A stretch of 64,000 nucleotides of DNA from the human T2T-CHM13v2.0 reference genome, Homo sapiens: assembly GCF_009914755.1 (NCBI RefSeq), contig NC_060927.1; one strand, written 5' to 3'. How positions within the stretch are numbered: the stretch's first letter is position 1; each line of letters starts with the position of its first letter. Below are positions 44,006 through 57,844 of this stretch, piece by piece. Below the pieces are notes generated by a model. It saw only the letters and a program-made list of their open reading frames with translations. It was not told the origin of the DNA and searched no databases. The translations under genes and the position numbers were made by a program.

Positions 44006-45790
44006 GTAATCCACACTTAGTTCAAAAAGCTATTTGAGGCAGCTGGCTCTTTAAGGCTGATTGTCTCCCCATTGTCAGAGTATGTCTTCAAAACTAGTTT
44101 TTCTTTCCCACCATTTCTCTTTGAACTCATATTTATTATCACCTAATGTCCCTTAATTATTATCCTAAGCACATTGTTCCTTTTTTCCTTTTGTTTATCT
44201 TCTGTCTCACAATTTGGTGCTATTCACACGGCTTCCCATTGTGATCATCATTTCCTTCTCCATTCTGAGTACTTCATGCAAATTCCTTTGAAGTTTTCTT
44301 CTGAGTTACCTACATTTTATATGTGACACTACATTGATTGAAATCTGTGAGTGACTTATTTTTCCTACTCTTCCATCATAGTAATGGCCTATTCTATTGT
44401 AACATTTTTTTCCCTAAGGTGTATTTTTTGGATAAAACCCTGTGCCCATGACAGAATAGTACCATAACCCATTATTCTATGAGTGTTTCCTCACTGGCAC
44501 ACTTATAAAAATGTTTGTTGGTTTCTTTGTGTAAAAATACTTTTAATCTTGGCTTGTAACAGAACATAAAGTACCCTTGCCTTCATATTAATCAATTTCA
44601 TTTAAGCCTTTTTTTTTTCTTTTTCAGTTTCCTGGTTTAGCCAATACATAATTAGACTCACATGTGATATTAAATATACAATTTCAACTTTCTGCCTCAG
44701 GAGAATGATAAGAATAAACTCCACCTGAATTTAATTCATTCAGGAATGTTTTTGCTCATATTTCCCAAGCAGTCTGTAGCCAGATCATGCAGTCACAAAC
44801 GTAACCCAGTGACAACATCTATAGGTCACAAAAGAGCCCATGGTTATATTTCTAAAATAAATGGACAGACAATTTAGGGAACCCACTACATGCAGTGAGT
44901 TGGAAGTCTTATTAGATTTGCATCTGCAGTGGCTACCTGGATTATTGGATAATCTTTAGAATTTAGAAATCTGTTGCTTTTTTTTTTAAAGTAACCAGTA
45001 TAATCCATCTAAACCTATCACTTCAGTATCTTTTGCAATGAGATTTCTATTTCATTCAGTTTAGCTATAATTATCCATTGTTTTCTGGCATTTTTCACCC
45101 TTAAATAATATCTTTTTATCTATGCATTATCAAATCAATGTTAGATTATTTGAGTATCAATAGCGCAATCGCTCTCACATTTTTTCACTACCTGAGTTGT
45201 TTGTTTAACATCTTTAAATCACCAGCTGAGATGATTCATTGTGATTCATACTAAAAAAAGCAGCATGAAGAATAGAAAATGTATGATAAAAAGGACTACT
45301 GTTGCCCCTGGCTGAAATCATATTGGCAATTTCTTTTATTTTCTTTAGTGATACCACAAGGTGTTTTTAAGATGACATTAGGTAATATACATTTTCCCCC
45401 AAAATAATCTTCTACTCTTTTAACCACTGTATTATGCAGAACATAAATCATACTTTTTCTTGTCACTATAAATCAGTGAAGTCTAAGCTATGATTGTGCA
45501 ATTGTTAGCACCTTTAAAACTGTGGTAAGCTCATCCATAGGATAATAGGTTCTGGGAAATACTATTAAAGAAAAAGCTTACATTTGTTTGATATAAAAAT
45601 GTTGTTTTAGAGGATGACCAGTACATTTCACTTTTAATTTAAAATAAAATTGAATACGCCTTTAAAAATACAGCCACAAAAAACACAGAAAAATTGAAGT
45701 AAACTAAAATTTAAAACTTGTTGGAGTAGGAAAGTCCAAAGAGATCATAATGATAAGCAGTAAAATCACTCCTTAGAATAGGAAAATTAT

Positions 45791-46073
45791 AGACTGGGCA
45801 TGGTGGCTCATATCTGTAACCCCACCACTATAGGATGCTGAGGCAGGAGGATCACTTGAGGCTAGGAGTTCAAGATGAACCTGGACAAAAGAGCAAGATT
45901 CCATCTCTGAAAGAAAACTTTAAAAATTAGCTGGACATGGTTGTGCAAGCCTTTGGCTGTAGATACTTGGAAGGCTGAGGTAGAAGGATCTCTTGAGCTC
46001 AGGAGGTCATCCCTGCAGTGAGCTTTGATTGTACTACTGTACTCCAGACTGGGCAACAGAGCCAGACCCATCA
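45791..46073 (+). mobile_element. Diverged AluJ
   Basis: gaggatcacttgaggctaggagttcaag; dimeric structure. Confidence 0.85.
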
Positions 46074-46236
46074 GGAAAGAAAGGGGAAGGGAGGGGAGGA
46101 GAAGGGAGCGGAGGGGAAGGGAGGGGAGGGGAAGGGAGGGGAGGAGAAGGGAGAGGAGGGGAAGGGAGGGGAGGGGAAGGGGAGGGAGAGGGGGTAGGGG
46201 GAGGAGGGGGAGGATGATGGGGAGAGAAGGGAAGGT
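46074..46236 (+). repeat. Polypurine (GGAGG/GGAAG)n tract at the Alu tail
   Basis: About 160 bp almost entirely G/A; source of the REGR/GGEG/LP-rich ORFs. Confidence 0.92.
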
Positions 46237-46304
46237 TTTAAATTTTTCCAGGAGATTGGGGAACAAAGTTAATACCCAAGAGTTTATGCTAAGTTGAAAC
46301 TAAT

Positions 46305-46692
46305 TGTCTTAGTTCATTTTGTGCTGCTATAACAGAATACCCAAAACTGGGTAATTTATAAAGAACAGAAATTTATTTCTCACTGTTCTGGAGGTTTGGA
46401 AGTCTAAGATCAAGGAGCTGGCAGGTTTAGTGCCTGGTAAGGGCCCAGTTTCTGCTTGTAAGAAGGCTATATCCTTTGGAGGAGGGGAACACTGTTTCCA
46501 ACATGGCAGAAGAGGGGAAAACAAAGAGAGAGAACCCACTCCTGAAAGCCACTTTCTAAAGGCATGAAACCCACCCATAAAAGCAGAGCCCCCAAGGCCT
46601 AATGGCCTCTGAAAGGCTCCACCTTCCAATGCCATTACACTGACAATTAATTTTCAACATGAGTTTTGGAGAGGACAAACTTATCCATAGCA
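46305..46692 (-). mobile_element. MST/MLT1A-type MaLR solo LTR
   Basis: tgtcttagttcattttgtgctgctataacagaatacc...caacatgagttttggagaggacaaac...ccatagca. Confidence 0.85.
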
Positions 46693-49600
46693 TACATCAA
46701 GTTATTTAATACCTCAGGTAAAATGTAGTTTGTGCTGATCCCAGGTCCCGGCAGGTTACAGCATGTATAAATTCAGTGGATACAGTCGTTACTGTAGTTA
46801 ACGGCCTTACGCAGAAGTCTTAGAAGCTTTAAATGGATAAGCCATTATAAAATGACTTTGAGCTTGTGACCTGCTGTTGGAAGGTGTTTTAGGATCCTGT
46901 ATCAAGGGTGTTCAGAAGGAATAAGATTTCTGGGAAGAAGTTTGTCACTTTAGAGGCTACTCCACAAAGCTCCATATATTGTGTTAAGTTCCTTACATTT
47001 GTTATAATATTTTAACTTACTTCTAGCTCAACGAGCTGAGCTGTGGATTAAGTCCAATTTAGAGATTAAGACACTGAGCCTCAGAGGAGTTTGTGTCTTA
47101 ACCAGATGTATAATTAGTGGGAGAACTGGGGCTTGAATCTAGGTCTATCAGATTCCAAATCCCCTCAACCTCTCTGCTACACCACATTGCCTCATGAACT
47201 GTCTTGAGGGCAGGATGCTACAGGATGATCGTTGGCTAGAAGGCAGAAGATTCCCTGAGCAAAAGGCTTTTGTTTTCCCCAGAACATCTTAGAGTCTTTC
47301 CTAAATTGGCTTGTCTAGGTCTCAATATCTATTTTGATATCTATTGACTAACATTTCTCTCTCTCTTCTTCTCTCCCTGCCTCCACCCCTCCCTCCTTCC
47401 TTCTTTCTTCCTCTTTAATTAATATTAATACTTCTTACAATATCCAGCTCCATTCTTTCCATAACAAGCCAGAAAAATGGGAGGATTTGGATTGGAGGGA
47501 GATTTATCCTCTACGATAGTGAGGACTAAGGGATGAGGCTGGAAAGACATTAATAATGTTTAAAAATGGAACACTCTCCCTCAATTGCTTTAATGTAGAT
47601 AACATCCCAGAACTTTCAAGAGCTCATTTAAGATGTCCTGGATTTTTAGGCAGTTTCATGATCTATCTCTCAAGGTTTACTTCTTCCCTGGACACTTGTC
47701 AGATCATTCTTATACACAATGAACTCTTCAGTCATCCTCATGAGCATTTATTTCATGTGACAATTATTGTGTGTTTAGATGTATATGTACATTTCTAACT
47801 AGATCAGGAATTTATTAAGATTAAAAATTTAATCTTCTATGTCTTTGCTTCTTTCTCAGTACTTTTAGAATAACATATAAAAAAGGACTCAATAAATACC
47901 TACTGAACACATGTATTTTACTTTGAGATGAAGGGAAAAAGAATAAATGCAAACTGTTTTTGTTTGAAATTTGTAAGTTAATTTCATTTGTCTCAAATAA
48001 TATCAAGATAGTTTCAGTAGACAGTCAACTATATTGTATTATATTAAGCTTGATTTTTAATATTTATAATAAATCAGCATGTTCTACCATACTATAAAAA
48101 TTTATTAATGGTTAGCGTTTCACCAGGAGCAGTGATCTAAAAGAATCCTTTTTAAAGTTCACCGTTTAATTCCTTTATCCTTTATATTATTTCTTTCCTT
48201 GTTCTTCAGAAGTTTGAGATAGCAGCCCATGGGGAAAAATGGCACCCAATTTGCAAGCACAGCAAAATAAAATTAGAAATCCTTATTAAAGTATATATGA
48301 GAAGGAATATGGAATATGATACATTGGGTTGGAGGGGCACAGGTTGAAGAAGTGATAGAGAGTAACATCTCTGAGAAAAAAAAAGTCAGTAAAGCTGTTA
48401 CAATATTTTTTCCATGCCTTTAAAAAATGGGTTTGTAGTAACTTGTGTTGTTTGTGTGCTCTAATAATACAAACTTGCGTAAATAGTGATTTATGCACTT
48501 AGAAACTTACATGATTATTTTCTCCAAGGAAGCTGAAGGCCTGTAGTATTAAGTAACTTATTCATGACCACACTGATAGTAATTAAGTAAACCATACTGT
48601 AATCTATCTTTTGATATCCAGTCTTTGGTGTGTAAACTCCATGTGTATAATTTAAAAAATAGTTGTATTAACTCGCTCTGAGAGAAATATCTAATTTCCA
48701 GTTAATTTTCTTTGTTTAAACGTACTTATTATTTTTTAAACCCGTACTATGAACAGCCTCAGTTTGTCCTCTTTTCTCTGAAATTCACCGTGCCTTAAGT
48801 AAAGTTTTATATAATCTTAAGTTTTTATGGGGTTTTTGTAGGGCATATTTTATTTCAATTTAGTTTAATTTAACTTATCATTACCCTACAATAGCCTCTT
48901 TTCTTTTAAATATTTTTCCTTTATTTTGCAACTATAATGGATTTTTAGTAAGAAAGTGAAGGAAATAGCATTTGTTGATGCTCATTATGCACCAAACATC
49001 TCCCTGAATGATTTTGTAGACATTGTTTAATATAATAATACATTTCAAAAAAGACATCTCATAATTCAACATTCACTCAACAAATTTATTAATAAATGAC
49101 TACCATAAAACAGATATTATGCTACGATCTGGGAATACAAAGAGAAATAAAATGTATTTTCTGATTACATAGGGTTCTTTCCAATCAGAAAGAGTAGAGA
49201 GACAGGGCAGATAAGGATCAAAATATTGCAGCTGCTATGATAAAAGTATATAAGTTAATTATTCATTGATTAAATGGTACAACTGGCACTTTTAGGTGCT
49301 AGGGAAATGGCAGTGAATAAAAGACACAAACCTCTCCCTTCACAGAACTGATATTCTAGTAGGGATCCTAAGAAGCATAAAAGATGAATCATTTGGGGTC
49401 ACAAAAGCTGAAGTAGGAAAGGTAAGGTTTCTTTCTGGTCTTATTTAAAAGAACAAGCAAGCTCTAATTGGCAGAGAAATGGCTACTAGAAATCTTTGGA
49501 GCATCATTTATATATCAAAATGATTGAGTAAACATTGAAAATAGAGCTACTTTTCAATTTGTAACCTCATACACTTGAAGTAATGCATACAGTGTGTTGT

Positions 49601-51139
49601 GAGTGGCTAGTTTCCACTATCAGGGTCCTTTCTGGAGCTAGCCAGTTCCTGAAGCTGTCAGTTCTCTGCATCTGTACTACCATGAAAGATAAATTCATTT
49701 AAAGCTAAATAAGGTAGAATGATACAATTTGTCTCACTTGATTCGGTAGTAATGTGTTCAATTCTGTAATGTACTTTAGATCAGAACAGATTTTTCTTTC
49801 TTAAATGGAAGACTCTCAAGGATGTCGAACTTGTTTTTTCTGTTGTTCAGTCTTTCCAGCATAATCTAAATGTGCTGTATCCATCTTATTGTTTCCTTGT
49901 GCAGAGATATTCCCTTGAAGTTATCTATACATTAACTTTGCTGAACCATCAAAATTTAGGACAAACTATTTTCATAAAATGGCATTGAGTAAATTATTCA
50001 GGAGCTAGATTTTCTAAATGACTTAAAATACCCATTCTTGCAACCTCATTTTGTTGTGAAATCAAACAAGATAATTAATGAATCTGAAATGCACTTTGAA
50101 AACATCAAATGCCAAAACCTTGTGAACTCCTATAATTGATTTTATTCTTACTGTTAATTTCAGTGAGCAGGGAGCTACATATTAGCCTCAAGCATTATTT
50201 CTCCTTCTACCACGATTTTTAACTAGATTGTGGGATATTGAAAATTAGCAAAAATGACTATGTTCTCTAAGAACATTTCATGTAATCCTACCTATGAATC
50301 TCTTTGTAGCCCTTATAAAACTACTTATCTCTTTACATAATTTTATTTGTTATCAGATTTTTTTTTCTAAACATACTTTATTGAACCTACTTTGCTTATT
50401 TAGTAAACAATTATTGAATTTCAACACGGTGCTGGGCACTAAAGACATTGACATGTAAAACAGTCTCCATCAAATGAAGGTGAGAATAAAAAATTATCAT
50501 TTTAGAGGTTGGCAATTCTATGACAAACATATTTAACGTATCAGCTATACATCTAACCTAGTTTTCCTTTTCTTAGCATATCACCTCTCTGTAATTTTTC
50601 TTAAATATGTATAGAATAATCTGAGTAGCATATTGAAATGAAGATTCTTGGCTGTGCCCCTAGAAAGAATCAGTAGTTCTGGGAATCTGCATTTTCATAA
50701 GGACCAAGTATTACGGGAACTGGTAACCCTTGGACTTTACTTAGACAGAGTCCTTTTGTGATGTTTCCCTTTTGCCCAGGACTTCTCATAGTGAAGGCCT
50801 CAGGAGGCCTCCATTCTTCACACCATCTGTCTGTCTCAATATCATCCTCTCAAAACTGCCAATTTAGGTTATCCAGCTCTACTTTCCTTCATTACCTTGA
50901 CTTGAAGTGATCCTCTGTAGTGATATGCCAGCCTTGTTGAAGCCAGTTGTACCTAGTCTGCTGAGAATGATACCAGTAATTGTTGTCTCACTTAAAGCCT
51001 GATTCTAATGGTGAGATATCTGGAAGAAGATGTGAGGGAATGCCCCTCTCATGACATGATAAGAGAGTGATTTTTAAAGAAGGTCTTGAATCACATCAGC
51101 TGAGAACTGCTTACCTGTGGGGACATACTGAACAAGTAT

Positions 51140-51315
51140 TAATCATTTAATCCTCATAATAAATCTATGAAGCAGGTACTATTATTACATTCATTTTACA
51201 GATGAGGGCACTGAGGCTCAATAACTTTACCAATATCACATAGATACTAAGTGGTAGCGCAGGGATTTAAACTCAAGTGGACTGGCTCTAGAGTTCAGCG
51301 GACAACTATACTAGT
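51140..51315 (-). mobile_element. MIR
   Basis: catttaatcctcataataaatctatgaagcaggtactattattacattcattttacagatgagggcactgaggctca. Confidence 0.8.
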
Positions 51316-52188
51316 GTTGCCTTTCTCTTAGTCAAAGGTATGTCCTGTGGAGCCTTTGCTACCACCATTCCTCTCAGAATGACTTTTAGTAAGTTACACT
51401 AACAATTGGAAAAGAAACAAAGACAAACACAAACCTCCAAACTAAAACAAAACAATGCAAACACTACATAAAATAGTTTTTAGTGTATTTTTAGGTCAAA
51501 GATATATATCAACTTCACATTACAGGACATTTCTAGTAAAGAAAAAAAGAACCCAGTAGTCACATGACAACATATAGTAACATATCTCAGGTTCTCAAGA
51601 GAAAAGATCACAACTCGGTTTTTATTTTCTTCCCTGAAATACAGTTTACTCTCTGGTGAACATAAATTTTTGAGTCAGAAAGATCAAACTTCTAATTCTG
51701 TCCTGTTATTTACTTGCTTGATAACCTATGACAATTTTCTGACCTTACTTAGTTCTCAGCTTCTATGAAATGTATGTGACAAGCAAGTTTTGGTCAATAT
51801 TAAAGACATAGTGCCTGGAATATAGCAATCCTTCAGCAATCGGTACAGTACCTATTTACTGTTGTTATTATTATGAGCAGTGATAAACTTAATTTAGTAA
51901 AATATAAAAACAAGTTGAGACAGAATGCTTTGGGCAAAATAAATATATTCTCAAAGTTCAAAGTTTACTTGATGCTGAATCTTTTTCCTTGGACAGGTAA
52001 GATTCAAACACATATACCCTTGCTTTTGTCAAGTGACAAAAAAAAAGAGAGAGAGAACTGTCAATGACAATTTCCTCTTCCTTCTTCAGTGGTCTGTCTG
52101 GCTTATAACTTAGATTCCTGATTGGAAAATGCTTATTTTGCTCCCTTGAGAATGTCTCTTCTGAGATGGGCTCATTTATCTTCACCAG

Positions 52189-52387
52189 GTGATCAACCCA
52201 ACACTCATCAACTGTTAGCCATGGCGTCACGCCTGCGGGAGAGTGCTGAACTTTTTCAGTCTGATGAGATGCGACCTGCTAATGATCCCAAGGAGAGAGC
52301 ACCCATCCGCATCCGGATGCTGAATGACATTCTCCAAGACATGGAGAAAAGCTTTCTGGTAAAGCAGGCACCACCAGGTTTTTATAG
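52189..52387 (+). CDS. NAALADL2: NAALADL2 internal coding exon (likely exon 13), 199 nt, (G)DQPNTHQLLAMASRLRESAELFQSDEMRPANDPKERAPIRIRMLNDILQDMEKSFLVKQAPPGFY(R)
   Basis: Acceptor tttatcttcaccag at 52188 and donor TAG|gtagga at 52388. Contained in ORF 52122..52391, with locally raised GC and CpG. The IRMLNDILQDMEKSF motif parallels the PSMA/TfR dimerisation domain (RMMNDQLMFLERAF). Confidence 0.95.
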
Positions 52388-53043
52388 GTAGGATGCATGT
52401 CTCAAAAATTATACTTTTTGCCCTACATTAAATGTTTATGTTTAACTTTCAGAATACATACCTTCTATGAACATAACAGTAGTGTAAAAGAAATTATAAA
52501 GCAGTTACTCATTTGAGGAACTTCCCCCTCCCCCAAAGAAAAATTAAACTGCAGAAATATAAAATAATGGAAACTTGGCTTAGCAGCAGCACAGAAAAAA
52601 TGAGTAAGAAGTTTCTTACATTAATTTCAATATGAGTCAAATATGATATGGCCAATGAAAAAGCAAATGGAATTATAGGTTGCACTGAAAGAAATACACT
52701 TTCTTGACCAGATCAGGGGATAGACCCATGCTATTTTTTCCTGCAAAGATCCCATCTAGATTAATAAGTTTAATCCTGGAAACTACATTTTATGTTGGAG
52801 TTCAACAAGTTTAATATTTAGGGGAAAGTGGGATTTAGATCGATGTTGAAACAACTGAGGAATTAGGCTTGTTTGGTTGGAGAGTCACATGGAGTGCTTT
52901 CTGAAAACATTTTAACAATTATATGGAAGGTGGATTAGATACAGACTCAGAGGATACTATGAGTACAGTATGGTTTTGTTTTTGAAGTTCCTTATATAGT
53001 AGAAGATAAATGAAGAAAACATGAAGTTTAAAAGATTATGGTA

Positions 53044-53785
53044 CCCATCAATCATCATAAAACCACGTCATTAAAACCACAATGAGAAACCATCTTACAC
53101 CAGTCAGAATGATTATTATTAAAAAGTGAAAAAATAACAGATGGAGAGAAAGCAGAGAAAAAGTAATGCTTATACACTGTTGGTAGGAATGTAAATTAGT
53201 ATAGCCTTTATATATACTTGGAAAACAGTATGAGATTCCTCAAACAACTAAAAATAGAATTACCTTTCAACCCAAAAGGCTAATCTCTTGGTATCTACCC
53301 AAAGGAAAACAATTTTTTTATATCAAAAAGATACTTGCATTCATATGTTTATCACAGGACTAGTCACAATGGTGAAGTCATAGAATCAACCTGAGTGTCT
53401 ATCAACGTGTGATTGGATTAAAAAATGTGGTATATGTACTCTATAGAATACTAAGCAGTCATCAGAAGGAATGAAATCATGTCTGTCACAGCAGCATGGA
53501 TAGAGCTGGAGGCCATTATCCTAAGTGAAATAACTCTGAAACAGAAAATCAAATACCGCATGTGCTCACATATAAGTTGGAGATAATAATAGATACACAT
53601 GGACATACAGAGAGAGATAGACACTAGAGACTGCAAAAGAGGGAGAGTTGAAAAGTTGTTATATATTGGGTACACTGTTCACTATTTGGGTGATGGGTAC
53701 ACTAGAAGCCCAAACTTCACCATTACATAATATGTCCATGTAACAAACCTGCACATATACCTCCTGAATCTCTACAAATTTTAGA
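53044..53785 (+). mobile_element. 5'-truncated older primate L1 (L1PA16/L1PB-like) 3' end
   Basis: ORF2 C-terminal and 3'UTR phrases; 14-bp TSD aaaagattatgg(t/c)a (53030-53043 and 53786-53799) at a TT|AAAA site. Confidence 0.9.
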
Positions 53786-53869
53786 AAAAGATTATGGCAT
53801 ATTTAAACAGTTTTTATTTAACTGATAATTCTATGAGACACAACATACAAATACATACTTTTCTGTTTA

Positions 53870-54016
53870 ATATATACATATATAATATGTGTATTTATAT
53901 GACATATTTAATGTATGTATATGTGTATATATAATATACATATGTATATATTTGTGTATATATATTTTTTATATGTGTATGTGTGTGTTTGTGTGTATGT
54001 GTATGTATGTATGTAT
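53870..54016. repeat. (TA)/(TG) low-complexity repeat
   Basis: Imperfect tatata/tgtatg runs. Confidence 0.85.
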
Positions 54017-56321
54017 AATTTTATGTAGTGTGAAAGTCCAAATTTGTGGCCCTTTAAGAATGAAAGTTCTGGGCTAAACAAACAGTCCTCCTACTCCATT
54101 CTTCCCCCAATATCTCTTTGCCTCCTGCTTCTTCTCATGATACACCCTGGACTAGACATACTATGTATAAACAAAGGTTATAACTAGGACTAAGGAATCG
54201 ATGTATGGTATAGAAATCTTAATTACATATAAGAAAAAGGTAAAATAATAAATATGATACTTTTATAAAGTAGCAAAAGCCTTATCACTGCAGACATTAA
54301 AATATAGGCTGGGTGGCCCTAAGCACCTGAATATTTGGACCACGTGAGGTTTAAGGTGCCCATTAGTACTAAAGTTCTGTGATCTCACACATCACTTAAT
54401 CTTTCAACATCTTAATTTCTACATTTATAGAAGGAGATGATGGAATGAGACTCCTTTATAGTAAAATATGTTTTTAAAGCCCGATATTTGGTAATTTTCC
54501 TTTATGGTTTTAAACTCAAATTCACATTTAAAATCCATACTTTACGTAATTTTCCAATATTATGATTCTGCATTATAAGTCTTTGGAAAATATACATTAT
54601 TATAATAAGAGATATGGTTAAGACACTTTGTTTGCTGCTTGTATTTTTTTAAGCATCAGGGACATAGCTGTCACCTTAAGTTACCTTCCTTGATGAGGTA
54701 TATTCTAGTGGTGGGAATGGGGAAACAGAATGAACAAAGTAATTAAATAAATGTAACGATGTTAGATGTAATAATTGCTGAGGAGAAAAATCAAACCACA
54801 TTATTAAATCTAGCATTATTAAAAAGTCATAAAGTAGATAACTTAGGGGTTTAAAATATATTTTGTAAATTATTCTATTTACTTTAAAGAAAAATTCAGA
54901 AATTAATACAAATTATATGTAAAGAACATAGTTTTGTATAATATAGTAAGCTTTCCCCATTTGTCTTTCTTGGCACTTGCACTGGATACGGAAGACCCCT
55001 CTATGGTCTAAATTATGCATCTGGTAAACTTTTTATTATCCGTTCAAAAATATTTATGAACTCAATTTACTTTATCATGCATTTTGAGTAGAAAAGTAGA
55101 TATTTGTCTGCCCCTGAGTTAAAAATGATTAAACACATCATTTTATTCATGCTAGTAATGTAATTACAGTATACCTTGTGTTCTCATTATGCAAGCCTCA
55201 AAGTGTCGATGGTGATAATGTTCTAACTCATATAACAAACTTTAGGACTGAAAGTTTCTGGTTCACTCTTTTGAAATTGTGCTAAGCTATTACTATAGTT
55301 ATTGAAGGAATACATGTCTGCCGTTCTTTTCCTTAGCTCTATTAATTTATGTTACTATATTAATTTATATATATTAATTTATGTGTGTATACCTATATAT
55401 ACTATAGCAGTGTAAATAGATTAGCTTCGTTTAGACGTATCGGACTCACCTTTATCTCAAAATTGTCACGAATTTGTACTTCATTTATAAAATACCTAAG
55501 AAATCATCCTACTTCATGTTTTTTCTTGATAGATAATTCACATTTCTAAAAATGATTGATGCAAACATTTCAAAATTACAATAGGATTTCCACTCTCAAT
55601 GCTTATAAGCACATTCTTAATGGGGAAGGAAATATTCAAAGTAAAAATTTGAGTTTAAGCTAATGAAAAGTAGATTGATTATTTATAATGATAATTATAT
55701 AGAGAAAAATAAAATTGTTAATTACATTGTACAAAAGAACATTTGGTGAACAGGGTTCAATTTTTTTTTAATGTTAAACAGTCTTTAGAGATGTTATTCA
55801 CATAAGAATCTCACTCTCTAACCCACTGGGCATACAGAATTCTCATCTAATACACAAGAAAGAAGTAAAAGATGATTTGCATTTTAAGAAAGTTCTTGAC
55901 AGAACTTTACTGTGTAAAGCCAAATACTTCATTTTGTATTTAGATCATGTCCCAAAAAAATATCGTCTCAATAAAAGTGACACTAAACACTGGAATATAT
56001 TATTTTTGGAATACGTAGAATAATATTCCCAATGATCTGGAAACAGAGGATTCAAAATTTTGAATCCTATGATGTTGCATGTAAACCTGGCTCCTCATTG
56101 AACGCTGCTCTGTTGCTCTGTGCAATACTGCTGGAAACTGGCAATATAAGATCCCTACCTTCAAGGAGCTTCATCTAATTCAAGAGCTAAAATACATAAA
56201 TTATATATCAAATACAGGTACAGAATACTTATTCAAAGTGCACAATGAATACTACAGCCAAAAAGTACTTTTGTGATTCAGTGAAGAGAGAAAGTATTGT
56301 CTTGTGGTAATCAAGAAAGAC

Positions 56322-56693
<372 letters not shown>

Positions 56694-57844
56694 TAAGGTG
56701 CATTTCCAGGAGGATAGTTTGAAGAAAGACACAAAGGAGAAGCTGTGTGTGGTGTGCTCGAGAGTGAAGTACAAAAGGTAGAGTAGTCTGAATGGTTATT
56801 GGGTTAGTGGTTATGGAAAGGTAGGTAAGATCAAGTTGTGGAGTCCCTTAAATGCTCTGTTGAGAGGTTTGGGCTTCATTTTTCATGGACACAAAAAAGC
56901 CATGTAGAAATATGTGTTGTTAGGAGGATTTATCTAGTGCTCCTGAGAGGGTGCACTGGAGTCAGGAGAGAGCAGAAACCTTTAGGAAGATTATGGGAGT
57001 AGGAAAGGCACGGGGTGAAAAGAACATGATTTGATATGTTGGTGTCAGGAATGAAGAGCAAAGGACCAATTTAGGACGTGATATTTAGGAAGAATTGGCT
57101 AATTTAGTGATTGTGTGGCTCTAAGAGTCTCGTTGCAGGTTGTTTTTAGAATTCCTCTAGGTTTAGGTGGGAAAACAGGATTGAGTACTGGAAAGGGCCT
57201 CCCCTCTGCCCCATTTACCTGGCCATTTAGGTAAAGCACTATTTGTCTACATGTAATTATATGAAGATCTATGGATAAAGATAATTTCTAAAGTCATTTC
57301 CAGCTCTACAGACTATTAAGCCTCACAGCCTCTGTTTTCAAGGGGACATCTAATTCTGAGTAAGGGGAGAGGGAAAGGGCACAAGGATAGACTGCAATGC
57401 CATAAATGAAAAAGCTGCAAAGTACCTTGGAAGTACTGAACTTGGTCAGCAATGGGGAGCCAGCAAAACAATATCTATGTTCCGGGACCACGTAAGTGAA
57501 AGTATGTTGAAAATTACAAAGCATCACAAAATATCAGTACTATCAAATCCAGCAGTGTGAAATTTGACTTGTTGCTCTTGAGTAGACAGGGGATTATGCA
57601 TTTTGTTAAGAATTCTAAATCTTGTATCTCACTCCTTCCTTTACTGTCATTCCAGTAGGCAGTGCTCTACCACTCCTGGATACTGGGTGTGTCTGGAGAG
57701 GAGATCTCTGGGCATCTGTGTTTTGCCATTAGATCCTTTTTTGCTCCCTGTAGTTATTACTCTACAAAGGCAGAGCAACGAGTCTGCCCTGGTAAACCTG
57801 TGCATTCCCACTATAATTTGATTTTCTTAAACAAATTGATAGTC

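Noticed and set aside
45862-46297. Pro/Leu-rich and Arg/Gly-rich ORFs resembling RGG proteins
   Set aside because: Translations of the GGAGG simple repeat.
52122-52188. Upstream extension of the exon ORF (MENAYFAPL...)
   Set aside because: It is intron upstream of a phase-compatible acceptor at 52188 and begins at a non-ATG codon. The nearer AGs (52150, 52165) would be out of frame.
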